From: Rhodospirillaceae bacterium
GTDB lineage: Bacteria; Pseudomonadota; Alphaproteobacteria; Rhodospirillales; Rhodospirillaceae
Direction of reading: 5' to 3'
DNA length: 32,000 nt
NCBI GenBank assembly: GCA_041686745.1
Contig: JAWLDH010000010.1
Span: 94,239 to 126,238, forward strand
This document shows positions 14,105 through 20,783 of the stretch, one piece after another. Positions within the stretch are counted from its first letter, which is position 1, and the number at the start of each line of letters is the position of its first letter. Under the pieces are notes generated by a model, which saw only the letters and a program-made list of their open reading frames with translations, did no database searches and had not been told where the DNA came from. Both the position numbers and the translations under genes were made by a program.

Positions 14105-15546
14105 TGAAGGGGCATCGCTCTCCCACGCCGATGCAGCCGCGCACGCCCTCCCTGCCGGTCGATCCCGACCTGCCGGAGGACGGCCTGCTGGTCGGCTGGT
14201 CGCTGGAAGCCGAACACCAACGGGTGCCGGTCGGCTTCCGCTTCGCAGGCGCATCCACGGAACACCGGCGGGCCGGGGAGCATCTCGACCCCATCCTGTT
14301 CACCGCCGAGGGGCACCTCATCACCATCGCCCCGACCGGCGCCGGCAAGGGCATCGGGGCGCTGATCCCGACCCTGCTGCGCCATCCCGGACAGGTCATC
14401 GTCATCGACCCCAAGGGCGAGAACTACCGCGTCACGGCGGCGCGGCGGCGGGCCATGGGGCAGCGCGTGGTGCTGTTCGATCCCTTCGGTATCACTGGCG
14501 AGGAGGCTTGCAACAAGGACGGATTCAATCCTCTTGACCTGTTGAAGCTGGACAGCCCGGTGGTGGAGGAGGACGCCTTCACCCTGGCGGCCATGCTGGT
14601 GGCTGAGAAATCCATGCGCGATCCGTTTTGGGACAACATGGCGCGCCACGTCGTGACGGCCCTGATGCTGCATATCGTGCAGTCCTTGCCTGGTCCGCTG
14701 CGCAACCTGGGCGAACTGCACTATCTGCTCAATCAGGCCCGCGATGGCTGGGCCGTCACCCTGCTGGAGATGGAGCGGTCCAAGCTGGCACCGATACGCC
14801 TCGGCGGGGCCGCAATATCGGGCTGGGAGCCCAAGGTGCGGGCCAGCATTATGGCCACCGCCCAGTCCCATGTCGGCTTCCTGCGCGGTTCCGGGGTGCA
14901 GGGGCACCTGACGCGGACCACCTTCGAGGTGCAGGACTTCGTCGATGGCGCGCCGATGTCCATTTACCTGGTCCTGCCGCCGGAGCGTCTGGACAGCCAC
15001 GCCGCCCTGCTGCGGTTGTGGGTTGGCTCTCTGGTGTCGCTGGTGCTGCGCCGTCGCCACCCGCCGCAGCGCAAGACCCTGTTCCTGCTGGACGAGGCGG
15101 CGCAACTCGGGCCGTTGGACCAGTTCCGTCAGGCCGTCACCCTGCTGCGCGGGTATGGTCTTCAGACGTGGTCGTTCTGGCAGGACTTCAGCCAGTTGCA
15201 GAGGCTCTATCCCGAGGATTGGGAGACAATCTTTAACAACTGCAAGGTCTTTCAGGCTTTTGGCTTCAACACCTTCAACGCCGCCCGCGCGGCGGCCCAG
15301 GCGGCGGGGCATCCAGATCCACAGGCGTTGTTCGAGATGGACGCCGACGAGATGATGCTGATGATCGCTGGCGACGAGCCGGTCATTGCCCAGCGCCCCA
15401 ACTACCTGATCGACGCGCCGTTTGAGGGGCTGTTCGAGCCCAACCCCTACCACACGCCCGACGACCTTGACGCCGTGACACCGCGTTTGCCGCAGCGTGA
15501 GTACCGCCGGCCCGGTGCGGTTGCGGAAGAGGAGCCGGTGACTTGA
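14101..15546 (+). CDS. VirD4/TraG-type type IV coupling protein-like ATPase lacking the N-terminal TM region
   Basis: HLITIAPTGAGKGIGALIPTLLRHPGQVIVIDPKGENYRVTAARRR..GQRVVLFDPFG gives Walker A plus the conserved DPKGE block. LFLLDEAAQLG is Walker B, and LRGYGLQTWSFWQDFSQLQRLY is also conserved. No hydrophobic helices occur in the first 100 aa, and at 481 aa it is short for a T4CP. Confidence 0.85.
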   Translation: MMKGHRSPTPMQPRTPSLPVDPDLPEDGLLVGWSLEAEHQRVPVGFRFAGASTEHRRAGEHLDPILFTAEGHLITIAPTGAGKGIGALIPTLLRHPGQVIVIDPKGENYRVTAARRRAMGQRVVLFDPFGITGEEACNKDGFNPLDLLKLDSPVVEEDAFTLAAMLVAEKSMRDPFWDNMARHVVTALMLHIVQSLPGPLRNLGELHYLLNQARDGWAVTLLEMERSKLAPIRLGGAAISGWEPKVRASIMATAQSHVGFLRGSGVQGHLTRTTFEVQDFVDGAPMSIYLVLPPERLDSHAALLRLWVGSLVSLVLRRRHPPQRKTLFLLDEAAQLGPLDQFRQAVTLLRGYGLQTWSFWQDFSQLQRLYPEDWETIFNNCKVFQAFGFNTFNAARAAAQAAGHPDPQALFEMDADEMMLMIAGDEPVIAQRPNYLIDAPFEGLFEPNPYHTPDDLDAVTPRLPQREYRRPGAVAEEEPVT

Positions 15547-16820
15547 TCGTCGCCGCGCGCCTGATGGGTGCCTGGGCGGCGTGGAGCATCGGCGACTTTC
15601 GGGCCGCAGCGGCGGAATTCGCCTGGGTGGAACTCTCGGCCCTGTCGGCGCCCGAGCAGGTCAGGGAGGCCATCACTGGGCGGAACCTCTGCTGGATCGC
15701 CCTGGGTTATCCGGCGAGGGACACAGCCGTGCCCCCGGAGGAGCGCGAGGGGGTGGACCTGGTGGTGGACGGCCTGACCTCGCTGGCAGCCGGCAATACG
15801 GCGGGCGCCCAGAGCGCGCTGGGGCTGGTGTACACGCCCCACGGGGTGACGCCGGTTCCGCAAGGACTGCGACCGCCGTTGCTGAAGGCCTTTGTGGATC
15901 TCTGCCGCGCCATCACGGCAGAACGCGAAGGCCTGCCGGAAACCGTTACCGAACATGCCACCCGTGGCCTCGAAGACCTTCTGGCAACCGGAGGCGACGG
16001 TGTGGCTGAGGCGGCCCTGGCCCGTCGATTGCGCGCCCGGACCGGCGAGGTCGTGCCGCCCCCGGAGGACAAGCCGCGCTGCTTTACCGAGGTCCTAGCG
16101 GTGGTCGAGGAGGCCCTGTCCGCCTACCGCGCCGCACCCGGCCCGGAGGGGGCGGAGTTCAAGGCGGCGGGAGAGCGCCTGTTCAAGGCGCTGCGTCCGG
16201 CGGTGGTGCCGGGCCAGCCGTGGTCGCCCGACCTTCTGCACACCGCAGTCGAGGCCGCTTGGCTGGCGGTGCAGTGGGAGGAGGACACCGGGGTTTATCA
16301 GCCCCTGGCGTCGTCGTTCCTGGCCATGGCCCGTCGCGCCGCCGGGCTGTTCCCGCCCGACCTATTGACCCAGACCAAGCCGTTGAACCATCCGCTTCAG
16401 GCCGACATGGGCCGCCTGACCCTGGCCGAGGCCCTCCGCTTTCGCCGTCAGCGCGATGCCCGCACCACCTTGCGCACGGCCCTGACCGCGCGTGGTCTGC
16501 TGGCCCCGCTGGTCCAGGCGCGGTCGGTTGAACTCGCCACGCCGGAGGCGGCGGATTACGTCGAGGTCTGCCTTCTGGCCGACGCGCTGGAGGTGGAACT
16601 TGGCGGCGGCCCGGCCCAGGCCGACCCGACCGATGGCGTCCTGACCTCGGCCGTGCTGATCGCCGGACCGGGGCAGCGGGTCTATCTGGCCGCCGCCGCC
16701 CGGCCCGAGGCGACGGAGCAAGTCCGCAAGGAGGCCGACGGCATGGCCGAACACTGGACCCCGGCGCCGTGGGAGGTGCAGCGGCACGGGCGGGCGGTGG
16801 AGGTGGCTCAAAAACCCTAG
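15543..16820 (+). CDS. hypothetical Ala/Leu-rich helical protein (425 aa)
   Basis: TTG start at 15543 in a TTGA overlap with the T4CP stop (alternative ATG at 15564). The frame is long and open, and the composition suggests helical repeats. No family recognised. Confidence 0.5.
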   Translation: MIVAARLMGAWAAWSIGDFRAAAAEFAWVELSALSAPEQVREAITGRNLCWIALGYPARDTAVPPEEREGVDLVVDGLTSLAAGNTAGAQSALGLVYTPHGVTPVPQGLRPPLLKAFVDLCRAITAEREGLPETVTEHATRGLEDLLATGGDGVAEAALARRLRARTGEVVPPPEDKPRCFTEVLAVVEEALSAYRAAPGPEGAEFKAAGERLFKALRPAVVPGQPWSPDLLHTAVEAAWLAVQWEEDTGVYQPLASSFLAMARRAAGLFPPDLLTQTKPLNHPLQADMGRLTLAEALRFRRQRDARTTLRTALTARGLLAPLVQARSVELATPEAADYVEVCLLADALEVELGGGPAQADPTDGVLTSAVLIAGPGQRVYLAAAARPEATEQVRKEADGMAEHWTPAPWEVQRHGRAVEVAQKP

Positions 16821-16904
16821 TTCCCGTTTGACGGTGCTCGAACCGTCTTCGCGCTACCTTGACGATCCGGGCGATGGCCCAAGGTCGTTCAAAAGGAGGG
16901 TGGC

Positions 16905-17786
16905 ATGATCGGGTTCGTCAAGACATGGTGGAGCGGCGTGGAGGCCAAGCGCCATCAACACGATGCCGAAAAGCGTGAAGCAATTCTGGAGGTCCAGGTG
17001 GCAGAGGCCCGCCGGGATCTCGGGTTTTTCCAGATTGACGCCGACGTTCCCCCGGAAATCAAGGACAGGGTGGCCGACCTCTTCCCGGTGACGGCGGACA
17101 CCCTGCCGCGGGTCCGGGCCTTCCTGAACGATCCCGCGATGCGCGCCCTGCGCGGTGGCATCGAGGAGCTGCGCGATATAGAAGTTTTCGTGCGCTCCCT
17201 CGGCGGCGACGGGCAGGTGTCGTTCACCCTGCGGGATTTCGCCGCCCATTTCGGGTTCGGCCCGCAGCGCGAGGCGAGCAAGCTCCTGCACTCGCCCGAC
17301 CTTCTGGGACAGGTTGGCTACGGCACTCTGGTCAAGGGAGCAACCGGCGCGATGATCGTCGGCGCGGCGATGGTGGGCACCGTCAAGCAGTCCATGCACA
17401 ACGGCTACATCACCGCCAGCGTCGGCGGCATGGGCTTCAGCCGCCATTCCTCGGCAATGAGCGTGCCGGAGCGTCAGGCGATGGCGCTCCTGTATGTCTT
17501 GCACAAGCGGGGAAAGGTTCCCGAACGCGACTACAAGGGGCTTTTCTTTGCCATGGTCTTCGCCAATGGCCACTGCGACGACAGCATCGTCGGCGACGGC
17601 CTGGGCGGCCGCAGCATCGGCGACAAGGACCTGATTGCCCAGCGCATCGGCCGCCACTTGGTGGGCAGCCGCATCGCCCCCCTGGAAAAGGCGCTGGACG
17701 TCATCATGGCCCGGCGGACTCTGCTGGCGCCGTGTGACCTGGAGACCGTTGACCGCCAACTGGCGCCGCTCAGTCGCGTGGGGTGA
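16905..17786 (+). CDS. hypothetical protein with a Gly-rich hydrophobic segment (293 aa)
   Basis: Strong RBS AAAAGGAGGG 4 nt before ATG 16905. Its composition is natural compared with the antisense ORF 16854-17759. The segment TLVKGATGAMIVGAAMVGTV resembles a glycine zipper or TM helix. Confidence 0.6.
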   Translation: MIGFVKTWWSGVEAKRHQHDAEKREAILEVQVAEARRDLGFFQIDADVPPEIKDRVADLFPVTADTLPRVRAFLNDPAMRALRGGIEELRDIEVFVRSLGGDGQVSFTLRDFAAHFGFGPQREASKLLHSPDLLGQVGYGTLVKGATGAMIVGAAMVGTVKQSMHNGYITASVGGMGFSRHSSAMSVPERQAMALLYVLHKRGKVPERDYKGLFFAMVFANGHCDDSIVGDGLGGRSIGDKDLIAQRIGRHLVGSRIAPLEKALDVIMARRTLLAPCDLETVDRQLAPLSRVG

Positions 17787-17814
17787 TCTCTCCGGCGGCG
17801 GCTAACCCGCATGG

Positions 17815-18099
17815 TTACAGAATATAGGTGCCACTCAGCTCGGGGAATGGCGCGCCGCCAATGGCCAGGCAGTGCATACGGCCGCGGGCGCCAACGGCAT
17901 AGACCCGCAGCATGTCTTCCGGGTCCAGTTCTCCTTGGATGCGCGCGGCCAGGGTGCGGGCGGCATGCGGGGTCATGAATACCTCGAACACGCTTTTCTG
18001 CACCCGTACGGCCTCGTCTTCCAGTAGGGCGGCGACCCGCGCCCGCACGCGGGGGCGGGCGATGTCGTAGCAGAAAACCATCAAGTATTCGGTGGCCAT
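17815..18099 (-). CDS. cas2: CRISPR-associated endoribonuclease Cas2
   Basis: 94 aa. The pattern YLMVFCYDI...RVRARVAALLEDEAVRVQKSVFEV...LRVY is the Cas2 ferredoxin-fold pattern. The GAGGGA RBS overlaps the RT-cas1 stop. Confidence 0.9.
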   Translation of the reverse strand: MATEYLMVFCYDIARPRVRARVAALLEDEAVRVQKSVFEVFMTPHAARTLAARIQGELDPEDMLRVYAVGARGRMHCLAIGGAPFPELSGTYIL

Positions 18100-18105
18100 G
18101 ATCCC

Positions 18106-20076
18106 TCAGTAGTCCATGTGATAGGGAACATAGGGCGCGTCGCCCAGGACGGCCTCGGCATAGAGGGCCACCTGGTCGGCGACCAGGTTGCGCCAGGTGC
18201 CCTTGGCGCCGGTCGCCGGGCTGACCACCGGCCGCTCCAGCCAGCCCTCATAGCCGGAAATGATCCGCTTCCGGGCCTCCGGGTCGAACTGGACCGCGCC
18301 GTCGCGATCGCGGGCGGCGAACATCTCCATCGACAGGCGGCGGCCGTTGAACAGGGTCACGGTCAGGGCCTCGGCAATGGGGGTGCGGAACTCTTCCATC
18401 AGGTCATTGACGCAGGCCGGTGCGCCGTCGCGTGGGGTGTGCAGGGCGCCGAAGCCCGGATGCAGCCCCTCGCGGTCGACGGCGGCGGACAGGTCGCGCT
18501 CCAGCAGCGTGGCCACGAACGACAGCACGGCGTTGACCGGATCCGTCGGAGGGCGCCGTTGCCTACCCGGCAAGGACGCGCCATGGCGCAGCAGGCGCGA
18601 CAGGGCCGGCCAGTACAGGGCGGCGGCCTCGCCTTCCACTCCCATCACGCGCGGCACCGAGTCCATGAGGGGCAGCTTGCGGCGCAGGCGGCCGATGCGC
18701 CGCGCCACATCGGCCACCGTGTCGTCGTCGGCGGTCCGGTTGAGGCGGCGCAGCAGGGAACGCTGGTTGTGTATGCGGGCCTCCACGATGGTGGCGGCCA
18801 GGGCGGTGCGCCGCGCGTCATCGAGGCAGATGCGCGCCTGCGCCAGATGCAATCCGACCCTCTCCGCCGACGGGCGGGCGAGGCTGGCCAGGGTGGCGCC
18901 GTGGCCGGTGACGATATCGACGCGAATGCCTTCGGCCGCCAAGTGGGCCAGGGCGTCCTCGTCGATGGCGCAGCCGGGACCCAGTTCCACCCGGTCGAGG
19001 CGGCCCGGCGCGATGGCCAGCAGTTCACGGTCGCCATCCCGCACCGTCAGCGCCATGTTGCGCACCGCTAGGCGCCGGCCCGGTTGGACTAGGTAGAGAG
19101 AGCGTAGTACCGGCCGGCGGGGGCTGTCGCGCTCGGCCAGGGGGGTGATGATTTCGGCCTCCTCCAGTGTTTCCGGCTGGCGGGGTGGTGGCACCGGCAC
19201 CGGCGCCGGGCCTTGGGCCGGGGCTGGATCTTCGTCCCCCGTCGAATCCACCACCAGCGAGCGCACGAACAGCCGTCCCAGGAAGCGGAACCCCTCGTCG
19301 AAGGACACCAGCCGTGTCTTGTTCGGGTTCAGGCGCAACCCCAGCCGTTCCAACTGCCCGGCCAGGCGCGCCAGGGCACCGGCTGCGCGGGCCTCGGACC
19401 GGCACAGGACAATGAAGTCGTCGGCAAAGCGCACCAAGTGGGCTCCGGTGCCCTCCATCGCCTCGTCGACCTCATCGAGGAACAGGTTGGCGAGCAGCGG
19501 CGACAGCGGGGACCCTTGCGGAAACCCCCGGCCTTCGGGCGCGGCACCGGAAAGCCACTGATTGACCAGGGCGATGAGGGGCGCCTCGCCAACACTGCGC
19601 CCCAGGCGTGCCAACAGCTTGTCATGCGGCACCGAATCGAAGAACCGTTCAATGTCGCCATCGACCACCCAGGTATAGCCCTGGCGGCGCAGGTGGCTGA
19701 TGCGTTCCACCGCCTGCCCGACGGACCGGCCGGGCCGGTAGGCATAGCTCGCCGGTTCCATCTCCGCATCCAGCAGGGGACCCAATACCGCCACGGCGGC
19801 GGCCTGCGTGATGCGGTCGGCGATACAGGGGATCAGCAGGGTCCGCGTGCCGCCCGACCGCTTGGGAATGTCCACCCGGCGCAGCGGGCCAGGATGGTAG
19901 CGGCGCGCCCGCAGCGCCTGACCCAGGCGGGCCAGCCGTTCGGGAAGGTGGGCGGAGAACTGCCCGATGGTCACGCCATCCCCTCCTGGCCCCCCTTGAT
20001 TGCGGGCCACCCGCAGCCATCCGGCATGTAGCCCGTCCCAGGATGTAATGGCATCAAACAGTGGTGTATCGCTCAC
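18106..20076 (-). CDS. cas1: reverse transcriptase-Cas1 fusion protein
   Basis: The N-terminal half is a group II intron-like RT: NQGGPGGDGVTIGQF, RRVDIPKRSGGTRTLLIPCIADRITQAA, and the active-site block VRFADDFIVLC (YxDD-type). The C-terminal half is Cas1-like: LYWPAL...NAVLSFVATLLERDL...GLHPGFGALHTPRDGAPACVNDLMEEFR. GTG start at 20076. No Cas6 domain is fused. Confidence 0.95.
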   Translation of the reverse strand: MSDTPLFDAITSWDGLHAGWLRVARNQGGPGGDGVTIGQFSAHLPERLARLGQALRARRYHPGPLRRVDIPKRSGGTRTLLIPCIADRITQAAAVAVLGPLLDAEMEPASYAYRPGRSVGQAVERISHLRRQGYTWVVDGDIERFFDSVPHDKLLARLGRSVGEAPLIALVNQWLSGAAPEGRGFPQGSPLSPLLANLFLDEVDEAMEGTGAHLVRFADDFIVLCRSEARAAGALARLAGQLERLGLRLNPNKTRLVSFDEGFRFLGRLFVRSLVVDSTGDEDPAPAQGPAPVPVPPPRQPETLEEAEIITPLAERDSPRRPVLRSLYLVQPGRRLAVRNMALTVRDGDRELLAIAPGRLDRVELGPGCAIDEDALAHLAAEGIRVDIVTGHGATLASLARPSAERVGLHLAQARICLDDARRTALAATIVEARIHNQRSLLRRLNRTADDDTVADVARRIGRLRRKLPLMDSVPRVMGVEGEAAALYWPALSRLLRHGASLPGRQRRPPTDPVNAVLSFVATLLERDLSAAVDREGLHPGFGALHTPRDGAPACVNDLMEEFRTPIAEALTVTLFNGRRLSMEMFAARDRDGAVQFDPEARKRIISGYEGWLERPVVSPATGAKGTWRNLVADQVALYAEAVLGDAPYVPYHMDY

Positions 20077-20240
20077 GCAGTGCCCCGTGGAAAAATGGTT
20101 AAAGGGTTATAATAAATATGATATTCTTCGTTATGAGGGCGCCATTAGCCTGGAAATGGAGCGGATGACGTGACTTTCAAAGACCTCAGTGGATTTATGA
20201 CCGAAAGAATGATCTTGCGCAACTCCTGCCAAACCCCTAA
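20077..20240 (+). promoter_or_regulatory. leader of CRISPR array 1, shared with the divergent RT-cas1 promoter region
   Basis: AT-rich relative to its surroundings, with TATAAT at 20108-20113. The degenerate repeat lies at the far (right) end of the array, which places the leader here. Confidence 0.45.
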
Positions 20241-20690
20241 GTTTGAGCAGCATCCGCTTCGGCGGGTGCATCAAAACACGCAGTCCCCACGGTTGAACCC
20301 TTTGCTGGGTTTGAGCAGCATCCGCTTCGGCGGGTGCATCAAAACGGTGATGGCCAGATAGATGAGAATCGGCATCAGTTTGAGCAGCATCCGCTTCGGC
20401 GGGTGCATCAAAACAACGGGTGCCCGCTGTTCACTTCCGGGTTGTGTTTGAGCAGCATCCGCTTCGGCGGGTGCATCAAAACGGTTGTGGTCGAACAGGT
20501 GGCCCGAGCTCTCGTGTTTGAGCAGCATCCGCTTCGGCGGGTGCATCAAAACACAATCGCCACCTCAATGAGGTGCGCCCCCCGGGTTTGAGCAGCATCC
20601 GCTTCGGCGGGTGCATCAAAACATTCCATGGTAGTTCAGGGCGTCCTTGAACAGTTTGAGCAGCATCCGCTTCGGCGGGTGCTGCTCTGT
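20241..20690 (+). CRISPR. CRISPR array 1: 7 repeats of 37 nt, 6 spacers of 31-33 nt
   Basis: Repeat GTTTGAGCAGCATCCGCTTCGGCGGGTGCATCAAAAC starts at 20241, 20309, 20378, 20446, 20516, 20586 and 20654. The last copy matches only the first 29 nt and is the degenerate trailer repeat. Spacer lengths are 31, 32, 31, 33, 33 and 31 nt. An internal 8-bp stem (GCAUCCGC/GCGGGUGC) is closed by a UUCG loop. The 3-prime 8 nt AUCAAAAC would form the crRNA tag. Confidence 0.95.
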
Positions 20691-20727
20691 TATGGGGTTG
20701 CGATAGGATTGGGGCGTGCCTCAGTAT

Positions 20728-20766
20728 GAAGATGCCGGGGCGGTTGCTCCGGCATCTTCATTTTTT
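20728..20766 (+). terminator. Rho-independent terminator after array 1
   Basis: GAAGATGCCGG (20728-20738), a 10-nt loop, CCGGCATCTTC (20749-20759), then ATTTTTT (20760-20766). It sits between the array trailer and the convergent stop at 20784, so it may serve both transcripts. Confidence 0.65.
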
Positions 20767-20783
20767 GTGGGCGGTGAAAGAGG

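Noticed and set aside
13849-15453. 534-aa minus-strand ORF
   Set aside because: It is antisense to the VirD4/TraG-like ATPase, which carries Walker A/B and the DPKGE block. It has no motifs and a low-complexity Gly/Arg/Gln/Leu composition.
14101-15546. Reading the T4CP-like gene as evidence of an integrated conjugative element
   Set aside because: The window has no relaxase, VirB4/VirB11, pilin, or other mating-pair-formation genes, and the protein lacks the membrane anchor. A conjugative origin just outside the window cannot be excluded.
16854-17759. 301-aa minus-strand ORF opposite gene 16905-17786
   Set aside because: The plus-strand gene has a strong AAAAGGAGGG RBS and a balanced composition. 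The minus-strand product is Ala/Asp/His/Gly/Val-rich with no RBS. I kept the plus-strand call, but neither product has a recognised family, so this is the least certain strand choice.
18118-20031. Plus-strand ORFs 18118-19071, 18260-19096 and 19213-20031
   Set aside because: All are antisense to RT-cas1, which has RT and Cas1 motifs along its entire length.
20271-20591. ORFs 20271-20549 (minus) and 20334-20591 (plus)
   Set aside because: They lie entirely inside CRISPR array 1. The repeated peptides (MHPPKRMLLK, FEQHPLRRVHQN) are translations of the repeat.
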